64,000 nt of DNA from the IMG/VR virus record IMGVR_UViG_3300011336_000387, positions 1,850-65,849 of that record; one strand, written 5' to 3'. The position numbers and the translations under genes were made by a program. The notes beneath the pieces are model-generated. The model made no database searches. It was not told where the DNA came from and saw only the letters and a program-made list of their open reading frames with translations. Each line of letters starts with the position of its first letter. Positions within the stretch are counted from its first letter, which is position 1. Source of the stretch: a virus (lineage: Duplodnaviria > Caudoviricetes). Below, one piece after another: positions 1-9,084 of the stretch.

Positions 1-19
1 GGAAAATAATTTTTATATA

Positions 20-51
20 TTTGTTTTTATTTATAAATAATTATATATTTG
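20..51 (+). promoter_or_regulatory. Bacteroidota sigma70-type promoter (-33 TTTG, -7 TAnnTTTG)
   Basis: TTTG at 20-23, a 20-nt spacer, then TATATTTG at 44-51, upstream of the ATG at 77. This matches the established Bacteroides/Flavobacterium consensus. Confidence 0.65.
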
Positions 52-76
52 TAAATAATATTTAAAAACCAACACT

Positions 77-355
77 ATGAGTTCAGGAGTTACACCCATC
101 CCAAATGGTATTATTGATATCAATGAAACTAAAATTCTAACCTTTGGTGAAGAATTAATTGGTATTGAATTTAGTACAGAAGAAGATTCTTCAGATTATA
201 AAGTAAAGAAAAATATTGCTGATATTGTAAATATTTTAAAAGATCATTATAATAATGAAACTAAATCAGCTTCTAAAAGTTTTATTTTTGATCATGCTGT
301 AGGAGAATTAATTAGTGCACAGACTGCTGTGTCAAAATTATTAAATACAAAGTGA
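77..355 (+). CDS. small helical-hairpin protein; possible divergent Acb2/Tad1-like family member
   Basis: 92 aa. LTFGEELIGIEF...KVKKNIADIVNIL...AVGELISAQTAVSKLL resembles a widespread phage family with TFGxKAVGxxFNPS...AQMWAVKA (recalled, not searched). Confidence 0.45.
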   Translation: MSSGVTPIPNGIIDINETKILTFGEELIGIEFSTEEDSSDYKVKKNIADIVNILKDHYNNETKSASKSFIFDHAVGELISAQTAVSKLLNTK

Positions 356-475
356 CAACTCTAAAACATAACTAAAATGACAAAACATGAGTTAGGTATA
401 TGGCAAAAATTAACATCAGAGTCAGAGACTAACTTAGAAGCAAGAATTAAATTTGATAACCTAATAAATAATAAA

Positions 476-766
476 ATGAACACACAATTTAAAACATTAA
501 GAGGAAGACGGATACTTATTGAGGTACCTGTAAGAAAAGAATCAGTAATTAAGTTATCTGAAAAAGATGAAGATGCTTTAATGTATGAAGCAATGAAGCA
601 ATGGAACAGATTAACTGTATATGCTATAGGTGATAAAGTAGAAGAGATTGCTGTTGGAGATTCAGTATATATTCCAACTGGACAATTAGAACATGCAGAA
701 AAAGTTGACATTGATGGTAGTGTAAAGCTAATGTTTAATGAAATGGATATTGCAATAATATGGTAA
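476..766 (+). CDS. groES: GroES/Cpn10-like co-chaperonin
   Basis: 96 aa from the ATG at 476 (the track starts it at 377). FKTLRGRRILIE...VYAIGDKVEEIAVGDSVYI...IDGSVKLMFNEMDIAII follows the Cpn10 pattern (KPLGDRVLV...VAVG...VKVGDKV...ESDILA). Confidence 0.7.
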   Translation: MNTQFKTLRGRRILIEVPVRKESVIKLSEKDEDALMYEAMKQWNRLTVYAIGDKVEEIAVGDSVYIPTGQLEHAEKVDIDGSVKLMFNEMDIAIIW

Positions 767-1125
767 ACATAACAGATGATAATCCGTATTTTTCTGGAAG
801 AACAAGTACTGATAAAATTAATTCTAAAGAATTATCTAAAGAAGATATAGATAAAAGAACTAAAAATACTTTAGATTCTGAACATAATAAAAATTATGAC
901 TTTAGAAAAGATATTCCACCTTTTGAATCACGTCCTAAATACTATGGTGGAAAAGATTCAACATATGAAGTTTTTAATGTGCTAGAAGCCTGGAAGTTAG
1001 ATAAAGATTTTTACTTAGGAAATGTAATAAAATATTTAGCTAGAGCTGGTAAAAAAACTTTTAACAATAAAGAAGATTTAGAAAAAGCATTGGTATATTT
1101 ACAACGTAGAATTGATACCTTATGA
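760..1125 (+). CDS. DUF3310 / SaV-like protein
   Basis: PKYYGG...YEVFNVLEAW...FYLGNVIKYLARAGKK...EDLEKALVYL is the DUF3310 signature. Confidence 0.8.
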   Translation: MVNITDDNPYFSGRTSTDKINSKELSKEDIDKRTKNTLDSEHNKNYDFRKDIPPFESRPKYYGGKDSTYEVFNVLEAWKLDKDFYLGNVIKYLARAGKKTFNNKEDLEKALVYLQRRIDTL

Positions 1126-1313
1126 ATTATTTAATAATGTTATTTATTTTAAGCATAGCATGTTTGTTATGGATTATAGGAAACTCTTTTAGAGGACCTT
1201 TATACAATAGTGTTAAAGACTCATATGAATTAGATCCTGAAGGTGATATTACTGGTTCATATTTTATTATTGCAGCACTTCTATTAATTTTTATAGCAGG
1301 AACATTGATATAA
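1122..1313 (+). CDS. small two-TM membrane protein
   Basis: 63 aa with two hydrophobic segments; ATGA overlap with the upstream gene. Confidence 0.65.
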   Translation: MNYLIMLFILSIACLLWIIGNSFRGPLYNSVKDSYELDPEGDITGSYFIIAALLLIFIAGTLI

Positions 1314-1324
1314 TGTCAGTTATT

Positions 1325-1353
1325 AATCTCTATTAATCATAGGGATTTTTTTT
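1325..1353 (+). terminator. intrinsic terminator
   Basis: AATCTCTAT-taatc-ATAGGGATT stem (one G-U pair) followed by a T run. Confidence 0.6.
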
Positions 1354-1357
1354 GTCA

Positions 1358-1380
1358 TAAAATTTTTGTATATTATAGTA
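1358..1380 (+). promoter_or_regulatory. putative phage promoter (TATATT motif), possibly leaderless
   Basis: taaaatttttgTATATTATAGT directly precedes the ATG at 1380 and follows a terminator. The same motif recurs in other intergenic gaps. Confidence 0.45.
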
Positions 1381-1685
1381 TGGGTGAATTTACTAAAACC
1401 GGAAAACTATCTGTTACAGGTACTGTTTTAGCAGTAGGGGGACCTTCTTCAGCAGGTTTAAATAGATTATTTACCGTTAGATTTAATAATGCTGTATCAT
1501 ATAATATACAAATATATATTTATGAAGCTGGTTCAGCAACAACAAATTTAATGTATGCTTTAAATTTATCAGCTGGTGATACAGTAACAGATGATTTCTC
1601 ATATGCATTAAATAAGGGTGATCAAATAATTGCCTATTCAAGTGTAGTAGGCACTAGTTATTATATATATGGAGCAACATACTGA
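1380..1685 (+). CDS. hypothetical beta-rich protein, probably virion-associated
   Basis: 101 aa, beta-strand-like pattern; its stop overlaps the tail fibre start. Confidence 0.6.
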   Translation: MGEFTKTGKLSVTGTVLAVGGPSSAGLNRLFTVRFNNAVSYNIQIYIYEAGSATTNLMYALNLSAGDTVTDDFSYALNKGDQIIAYSSVVGTSYYIYGATY

Positions 1686-4600
1686 TGCAAGTAGTAGATA
1701 AAGTTGGAAAACTATTAGTTAGTGGTAGTGGTGGTGGAGGAGGAGCTCCTTCAGGACCAGCTGGTGGAGATTTATCTGGTGTTTATCCTAATCCTTCTGT
1801 ATTATGGAATAATGGACTACCAACATATGATTTATTATATTATCCTTTAACTGGTAATCCATCAGGATTTGTAACAGCCTCTGCATTAACTCCATATTTA
1901 ACAATTACATTAGCAGCATCAACCTATTATCCAATACCTACTGGTACAGTATCACAATATATAAGAGGAGATGGTACATTAGCTACATTCCCAACTATAC
2001 CAAGTTTTACACCATCTGCTTTAACTAAGGTTGATGACACTAATGTTACTCTTACATTAGGAGGTACACCTGCTACAGCATTGCTTCAATCAACTAGTTT
2101 AACACTTGGTTGGACAGGAACTCTAGCAGACTCAAGAATAACTTCTGCAACTACCTGGAATAATAAAGTAACATCTTTATCTTCGGGTACAGGAATTTCT
2201 ATAGGAGGTACAACTACTGTACCAATTGTGACTAATACTGCTCCAGATCAAACTGTAGTACTTACTCCATCAACAGGAATATCTGTAACAGGTACATATC
2301 CAAGTTTTACTATAATTAATACTGCTCCATCTACTACTTCAGGTACTGTAACTAGCGTAGCTACAGGTACAGGTTTAACAGGTGGTACAATTACTTCTGC
2401 AGGAACAATAGCATTAAATACTAAATTATCTCCTTTAGATAGTTTAACAGGTAATTCTTTAAAACTAGCAAGAGTTAATGCTGGAGAAACAGCTTTAGAA
2501 TATTTTACAGCTCCTTATGGAACAGGTACAGTAACTTCTATAGCAACAGCCGGTCTAATTTCAGGTGGAACTATTTCTACAACAGGAACTATTACAACTT
2601 TGATGACTACAAATAGGTTAGTTGGTCGGGGCACTGCATTATCAGGTGTAATGGAAGAAATTACACTTGGTACAAATCTTTCACTAACAGGTACTACTTT
2701 AAATGCAATAAATAGTGGTGGTACTGTAACTTCTGTAGCAGCATTAACTTTAGGTACAACTGGTACTGATTTATCTTCTACTGTAGCTACAGGAACAACT
2801 ACTCCAGTAATTACATTAAATGTACCAACAGCTTCTGCATCTAATAGAGGAGTTTTATCTACTACAGATTGGTCTGCTTTTACTGCTAAACAAGCTGCAT
2901 TAAATGGTACTGGTTTTGTTAAAATTATAGGTACTGTTATTTCTTATGATAACTCTACTTATTTAACAACCATATCAGGTATTACCGCAGGAGGTGAATT
3001 AAGCGGAACTTATACAAATCCATCTTTAGTCAATTCAGCAGTAATAGGAAAAGTTTTAACAGGAGTTAATATTACAGGAGGAACTATTTTAGCTACTGAT
3101 TCTATCTTAATTGCCTTTGGTAAAGTTCAAAATCAAATTAATGGTTTAATAGGTGGTTCAACTTATCAAGGTACTTGGAATGCTTTAACTAATACGCCTC
3201 CATTAACAAGTAGTGTTGGAACTTCAGGATATTATTATATTGTAAATGTTGCAGGTTCTACTAACTTAAATGGAATTACTGATTGGAACATTGGAGATTG
3301 GGCAATATTTAATGGTGGTGTATGGCAAAAAGTAGACAATACTGATTCAGTAGTTTCTGTAAATGGTTTTACAGGTGCTGTAAGTTTAACAACTACAAAC
3401 ATTGCTGAAGGTACTAATTTATATTATACAGATTCAAGAGCAAGATTATCTAATTCATTTGTTGCAGGTTCAGGAGCATATAATTCTACAACAGGAGTTA
3501 TCACAATTCCAACTAACAACAATCAAATTACAAATGGTTCTAACTTTATAATCTTAACTTCTTTAAGTGGAGGTACGGGAATAAACTACAACAATACAAC
3601 AGGAGTAATTACTAACTCTGCTCCAGATCAAATTGTTTCTTTATCAAATGGTGCAGGAATATCAGTTACAGGAACATATCCTTCTTTTACAATAGCATCT
3701 ACAATCACTCAATATACAGATGCTTTAGCTAGATTAGCTATTAGTTTAACTACTACAGGAACATCAGGTGCAGCTACATATAATTCTACAACAGGTGTTT
3801 TAAATATTCCACAATATTCAGGTGGTGTTACAAGTCCAGCGGGTTCTAATACTCAAATTCAATATAATAATAGTGGTGTATTTGGAGCAAGTTCAAAATT
3901 TTCTTGGAATAATGCTAATGAAGGTTTAAGTATTATAAGTGAATCAGGTTTGTCAACAAGAGGTTTAATGCTGTATCAAAATCAGACTGGTCCACAAGCA
4001 GCAGTTGCACAATTTTTTAAATCAAGAGGAACTAATGCTTCCCCTACGGCAGTAACAACTGGAGACATTGTTAGTGCATTTACTTTTAGGCCTTATATTG
4101 GTACAACTTATGTACAAGACCAAAGTTTATTTGGTGCAAGTATGACCTCTACAACAGGTATTTCTCAATTTTTTATTGCAGGAACAACTGCAAGTAACTA
4201 TACACCAAGTTTATTAATAGCAGAAAATGGTAATGTAACAGTAGGTAATTTAGGAACTGGAACTATTACTACTTCATTAACCTTACCTACTTCAAAATTA
4301 CAAGTAGCAGGTAATGCTGCAATAGGATTTACTACAGCAACAGCTGCTCCAACTAATGGATTGGCAGTTGCAGGTGCTGCTACATTTGCAAGTTCAATTA
4401 CTGCATCAACTTTAACTTCAGGTTCTGTATTATTTGCAGGTACAAGTGGTGTACTACAACAAGACAATGCAAACTTCTTTTGGGATGATATTAATGATAG
4501 ATTAGGAATTGGAACAAATGCTCCTGCTGCGAAAACTTCAATTGTTTCAACTACAGCTTTAACAGGTTTGTATGTTGAAAATTTAGGTTCAGTTACTTCT

Positions 4601-6133
4601 CCTTCTGCTGTATTTAAAAATAATCAAAATACATCTTATGCATCTATTGATATTTTTGGAGGCAGTCTTATTACAAATTCAAATAAATTTCAATTTGGCC
4701 AATACTCATCGGGAGATTCTTTTTTCTTTTTAGTTGGTAATAACAATTTAGATTTTTTCACCAATTCAGTAAATAGAATACGAATATTTGGTGGAGGAAA
4801 CATAGGAATAAACACTACAACAGATGCAGGATATAAGTTAGACGTAAATGGTACTGCAAGAATACAAAATAAATTAAGTGTAGGAACACCTTCTGCAGCT
4901 TCTGCAGTGTTAGAAGTAAGTTCTACAACACAAGGTTTTTTACCACCTGTAATGACCACAACGCAGAAGAATGCTATTGCTACTCCTGCAAGTGGACTTA
5001 TTGTTTATGACACTACTTTAAATGCTCTCAACTTTTACAATGGCACTTCATGGTCAAGTGGTGGTGGTGGTGGAATGGTTTATCCTGGAGCAGGTATTGC
5101 ACTTTCAACAGGTTCAGCTTGGGGAACTTCAATAACTGATAATAGTGCAAATTGGAATACTGCATATACAAACAGAATAACAAGTTTAACAACAACAGGA
5201 TCAGGTGCTGCCACTTTAGTAAGTAATGTATTAAACATACCTACACCTCCAACAGCTACATTTACATCATTAACTGTAACAGGAAGTAGTGGAGCAAGTA
5301 CATTATTATCAGGAGTATTAAATGTACCTACATATACTTTAACAGGATTAGGTGGACAACCTTTAGCTACTAATCTTACTTCATTAGCAGGATTATCTTA
5401 TGCTTCAACTTCATTTGTAAAAATGACAGGAACAGGTGTATTTGCTCTTGATACTAATACATATATAACTGGTAATCAAACCATTACTTTATCTGGTAAT
5501 GTTACCGGAACTGGAACAACTTCAATAACTACTACAATAGGTACAAATGTAGTTACTAATGCTATGTTAGCACAGGTTGCAACAAGTACAATTCAAGGAA
5601 GAGTAACAGCAGGCACGGGTAATATTGAAACATTAACTGGTACACAAGCTACAACATTAATAGATACCTTTACATCTACATTAAAAGGTCTTGCACCTGC
5701 AAGTGGTGGTGGTACTGCAAACTTTTTACGTGCAGATGGTACATGGGCAGCTCCAGGTGGAGGAGGTGGTGGAGTTACACAAATTATTGCAGGAACAAAT
5801 GTTACTATATCTCCTGCAGGTGGTACAGGAGTAGTAACTATAAATTCTTCAGGTGGTGGAGGTGGAGGAACTATATATAAACTAACAGCTCAAACATTAA
5901 CTTCAACAAGTTGGTCACTTGTAAGTGGATATTATACATATACATTTTCTAATGTAAACATAACAGTAAATACAAGAGTAGACTTTACTCCTGATAGGAC
6001 TGCTTATCTTGAAGTAACAACTTGTGGAATGCAATCTGAAGTAACAGTGGCTGCAGGATCATGTACATTTTATTCATTATTTCCACCACAAACAAATATA
6101 ACAGGAGAAATAACTATATTCCCAACAATATAA
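1685..6133 (+). CDS. long tail fibre / spike protein (Thr/Gly/Ser-rich, modular)
   Basis: 1482 aa with repeated GTVTSV, APDQxVxLxxxxGISVTGTYPSFTI and TSLTTTGxSGAATxxxxVLNIP modules, plus ITGNQTITLSG and NFLRADGTW fibre motifs. Confidence 0.75.
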   Translation: MQVVDKVGKLLVSGSGGGGGAPSGPAGGDLSGVYPNPSVLWNNGLPTYDLLYYPLTGNPSGFVTASALTPYLTITLAASTYYPIPTGTVSQYIRGDGTLATFPTIPSFTPSALTKVDDTNVTLTLGGTPATALLQSTSLTLGWTGTLADSRITSATTWNNKVTSLSSGTGISIGGTTTVPIVTNTAPDQTVVLTPSTGISVTGTYPSFTIINTAPSTTSGTVTSVATGTGLTGGTITSAGTIALNTKLSPLDSLTGNSLKLARVNAGETALEYFTAPYGTGTVTSIATAGLISGGTISTTGTITTLMTTNRLVGRGTALSGVMEEITLGTNLSLTGTTLNAINSGGTVTSVAALTLGTTGTDLSSTVATGTTTPVITLNVPTASASNRGVLSTTDWSAFTAKQAALNGTGFVKIIGTVISYDNSTYLTTISGITAGGELSGTYTNPSLVNSAVIGKVLTGVNITGGTILATDSILIAFGKVQNQINGLIGGSTYQGTWNALTNTPPLTSSVGTSGYYYIVNVAGSTNLNGITDWNIGDWAIFNGGVWQKVDNTDSVVSVNGFTGAVSLTTTNIAEGTNLYYTDSRARLSNSFVAGSGAYNSTTGVITIPTNNNQITNGSNFIILTSLSGGTGINYNNTTGVITNSAPDQIVSLSNGAGISVTGTYPSFTIASTITQYTDALARLAISLTTTGTSGAATYNSTTGVLNIPQYSGGVTSPAGSNTQIQYNNSGVFGASSKFSWNNANEGLSIISESGLSTRGLMLYQNQTGPQAAVAQFFKSRGTNASPTAVTTGDIVSAFTFRPYIGTTYVQDQSLFGASMTSTTGISQFFIAGTTASNYTPSLLIAENGNVTVGNLGTGTITTSLTLPTSKLQVAGNAAIGFTTATAAPTNGLAVAGAATFASSITASTLTSGSVLFAGTSGVLQQDNANFFWDDINDRLGIGTNAPAAKTSIVSTTALTGLYVENLGSVTSPSAVFKNNQNTSYASIDIFGGSLITNSNKFQFGQYSSGDSFFFLVGNNNLDFFTNSVNRIRIFGGGNIGINTTTDAGYKLDVNGTARIQNKLSVGTPSAASAVLEVSSTTQGFLPPVMTTTQKNAIATPASGLIVYDTTLNALNFYNGTSWSSGGGGGMVYPGAGIALSTGSAWGTSITDNSANWNTAYTNRITSLTTTGSGAATLVSNVLNIPTPPTATFTSLTVTGSSGASTLLSGVLNVPTYTLTGLGGQPLATNLTSLAGLSYASTSFVKMTGTGVFALDTNTYITGNQTITLSGNVTGTGTTSITTTIGTNVVTNAMLAQVATSTIQGRVTAGTGNIETLTGTQATTLIDTFTSTLKGLAPASGGGTANFLRADGTWAAPGGGGGGVTQIIAGTNVTISPAGGTGVVTINSSGGGGGGTIYKLTAQTLTSTSWSLVSGYYTYTFSNVNITVNTRVDFTPDRTAYLEVTTCGMQSEVTVAAGSCTFYSLFPPQTNITGEITIFPTI

Positions 6134-6135
6134 TT

Positions 6136-8331
6136 ATGGCATTTAACTTACCATTACAAAATTATTTTAGTAGAACAACAGGTCCAGCAGTATATTCTAG
6201 ACCTTCAGATTGGCCTGTAATTACAGATGTAGCAACAGAAGTACAATTCTTATTCTGTGATCTTGGAGATGCAGCATGTTCAATTAGAACAACATTTACA
6301 AGAACATCAGGTTCTCAAAACATTATTATAGATTGGGGAGATGCAACTACTAGTACAGTTACAACTACTGCTACAACAGATACTACTCATACATATACTC
6401 CAGGAACAGGAACACCTTGTTCTTTAGGTTATACAACATTTATAATTAGAGTTTATTTTACAGGAACTGGAGTATCAGTTTTAAATAACTGTAATATAAT
6501 GGCTATTCTAAATACTGCTAGTACTGCAGTTGGTAGTCCTCAAATTTGTCATGTATTAGAAGCATATTATGGTGATAGCACACAAAATGTAACTCCTGTT
6601 AATTTTTATTCAATCATAGGTAGTACTTGTTTATCTATATATAGCCAGTTACAATATGTAAAATTACCAGCAACAGTATCTTGGACATCATGGCAGTTTA
6701 CTTTTAGTTATTGTTATTCATTACTTAAAGTTGTTATGCCAACTTCTAATTCTGCTACACTTACATATGCGACTGCATTTCAAAATTGTTGGAACTTACT
6801 AGAAATTACAATTCCTTCTAATTCAACAGGTATTCAAAATTTTAACGGAACATTTAATGGTTGTTCTAACTTAAGATTTGTTACTTTTCCAACTACAATA
6901 AATTCTTGTACTGATTTTGGTAGTTGTTTTTTTAGCTGTTCTAATTTGAGATCTGTTACAATGCCCTCTATTAATGCTGCTAATAACTTACAATATGCAT
7001 TTTACAATTGCACGCAACTAGAATGGGTAAAATTTACAAGTATGCCAACGGTAGGAGCTAATATGGCAAATTGCTTTCAAGACTGTTTAAATTTACAAAC
7101 TGTATATTTCCCTGCTACAGTATCAAATCCTTTATCCTTGTATTCTTTAAACAGTACATTTAGTGGTTGTCGTCAATTAAAAAACATTGTTTTACCATCA
7201 AATATAAATGTTAGTACGTTTGAAAGTACTTTTAATAGTTGTACTTCATTAACATCTTGTATATTACCTGCAACTTCTCCAGGTTGTATAGCATATAACA
7301 ATACGTTCTTATCATGCGTTTCTTTACTTAAAATTACATTACCAGCAGCACCAACAGCTACTGTTAGTTTTCAATCTATGTTTAATAGTTGCGTTAAATT
7401 ACAAGAAGTTACAATTCCTTCTGGATATATACTTTCAACTTTTAATCAAACATTTCTTAATTGTAATAGCTTAAAAACAATATCATGGACTCCAGGTGTT
7501 CAAAATTCAATACAGCAAATGCAATTAACATTTGTTGGTTGTTATCTATTAACAAGTTTTACAATGCCTACTTCTATGAATGCTTTAACAAATCTTACAT
7601 CTGCATTTAGTGGGGCTAGGTCTTTATTAAGTTTAACATTTCCTTCAAGTTTAAATGCTGTTACTACAATGTCAAATTGTTTTTCTGGTAATATAGGATT
7701 TACATCTGTTACTTTACCTACTTCAATGTCTGCCTGTACTAACTTTAGTGGTACTTTTAATGGTTGTATCTCACTTACTAGCATTACTTTACCAAATACT
7801 GTAGGAGCAGTTACAACATTTAATGGTTGTTTTGCCGGTTGTAATAGTCTTAAAACTTGTGTTTTACCTGGAGCTGCTCAGTTGTCTTTAGTAAATGACA
7901 TTAATGCAATGATTAATGGGTGTTCTGATTTGGTTACACTTACAAACTTTGATAAAATTGGGTCTTTAACTGCAACACCTTTAATGTCTGCCTCTGCTTT
8001 TAATAACAATAGATTTAAAAATGGATCAACAATTTCATTTTATGGACCATTAAGTTTACTTCAATTAAATGGATTAAACGTTAAAACAGATGTACAAAAT
8101 GTAAGACTTTTAAATACTTCTGCAGGACAATGGACTGGATCATCTCCTCAAATAAATATAACTTTTACTAATATGAGTACAGCACAAATAGTACAATTAT
8201 TTAATGATATGGCAGCTCAAGGAGCTGTTGTAACAAAAACAATTAATATAACTGGAGCAACAGGAGCAGCAGGTTTAACTGCAGCAGATAGATTAATAGT
8301 AACATCAATAGGATGGACAATAATAGGATAA
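6136..8331 (+). CDS. PKD-like plus BspA-type leucine-rich-repeat adhesin
   Basis: Start taken at ATG 6136 after TAATT (the track starts it at 6061). IIIDWGD...HTY domain followed by many F..C.SL.S(V/I)TLP repeats of about 24-26 aa. Confidence 0.8.
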   Translation: MAFNLPLQNYFSRTTGPAVYSRPSDWPVITDVATEVQFLFCDLGDAACSIRTTFTRTSGSQNIIIDWGDATTSTVTTTATTDTTHTYTPGTGTPCSLGYTTFIIRVYFTGTGVSVLNNCNIMAILNTASTAVGSPQICHVLEAYYGDSTQNVTPVNFYSIIGSTCLSIYSQLQYVKLPATVSWTSWQFTFSYCYSLLKVVMPTSNSATLTYATAFQNCWNLLEITIPSNSTGIQNFNGTFNGCSNLRFVTFPTTINSCTDFGSCFFSCSNLRSVTMPSINAANNLQYAFYNCTQLEWVKFTSMPTVGANMANCFQDCLNLQTVYFPATVSNPLSLYSLNSTFSGCRQLKNIVLPSNINVSTFESTFNSCTSLTSCILPATSPGCIAYNNTFLSCVSLLKITLPAAPTATVSFQSMFNSCVKLQEVTIPSGYILSTFNQTFLNCNSLKTISWTPGVQNSIQQMQLTFVGCYLLTSFTMPTSMNALTNLTSAFSGARSLLSLTFPSSLNAVTTMSNCFSGNIGFTSVTLPTSMSACTNFSGTFNGCISLTSITLPNTVGAVTTFNGCFAGCNSLKTCVLPGAAQLSLVNDINAMINGCSDLVTLTNFDKIGSLTATPLMSASAFNNNRFKNGSTISFYGPLSLLQLNGLNVKTDVQNVRLLNTSAGQWTGSSPQINITFTNMSTAQIVQLFNDMAAQGAVVTKTINITGATGAAGLTAADRLIVTSIGWTIIG

Positions 8332-8333
8332 TT

Positions 8334-8513
8334 ATGGAAGATACATCAGGATTTTATAAATTAGAAGATGACAATTGGCTTTATGCACCTAACTTTGTAT
8401 ATGGTCCAAATTATGAATTAGTTAGAGAAAACAAAGATTCTTACACATATCCTGTAGAAGGATGGGAATGGTATGATGAATCACCTATAAAAGAAGAACC
8501 AAATAGTTTGTAA
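8334..8513 (+). CDS. small acidic/aromatic hypothetical protein (possible fibre chaperone)
   Basis: 59 aa from ATG 8334 (MEDTSGFYK...YTYPVEGWEWYD), directly after the LRR gene. Confidence 0.6.
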   Translation: MEDTSGFYKLEDDNWLYAPNFVYGPNYELVRENKDSYTYPVEGWEWYDESPIKEEPNSL

Positions 8514-8572
8514 TATAAAATATTTTGTGTATATTATATATATATATTATTAATACTTAAAAAACAAACAAA

Positions 8573-9040
8573 ATGGATATCTTAAATTTTATTAGCTGGG
8601 TTAAAAAAGGAGTACGTTATGTAACAACTGTACCTACTGACACAGGAGTTTTATTACCACTTGCTGCTAAAGATGCAACAAGAGATGATGAGTGGTTAAC
8701 TTTAGCTTTAAATGCTGATGGATTAAAGCCCTTATATAATAAAGGAACTGTAACACAGTTAACTAGTACTGCTACTGGGGTAACTTTGAATACACCTTCT
8801 GGAGTTGTTACTACTTTTACACAAACAATTGCTTCTTTAAATGAAGTTACTTTTACAATAACTAATAGTGTTGTTAAAACATCATCAGTAGTTCTTGTAT
8901 CTACAGAATATGTAGGTAATGGTAATGCTGACGTAACAGTATCAACTGTAGCAAATGGTTCATTTGATGTTACAATAGCTAATCAAGGTACAGCAGCATT
9001 AAATGCAGTTGTTAAAGTTCACTTCTTTATTGTTGCTTAA
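8573..9040 (+). CDS. putative virion structural protein
   Basis: 155 aa with a Thr/Val-rich beta-sandwich-like C-terminus. A TATATT motif at 8530 lies upstream. Confidence 0.6.
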   Translation: MDILNFISWVKKGVRYVTTVPTDTGVLLPLAAKDATRDDEWLTLALNADGLKPLYNKGTVTQLTSTATGVTLNTPSGVVTTFTQTIASLNEVTFTITNSVVKTSSVVLVSTEYVGNGNADVTVSTVANGSFDVTIANQGTAALNAVVKVHFFIVA

Positions 9041-9084
9041 TATAAATTAGTTTTTTTAAAAACTTTTTTATTAAAATCTTAACT

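Noticed and set aside
377-8333. Longer upstream starts given in the track (377, 6061, 8313)
   Set aside because: Starts at 476, 6136 and 8334 give the expected GroES length or follow the local stop-TT-ATG packing, and avoid long overlaps.
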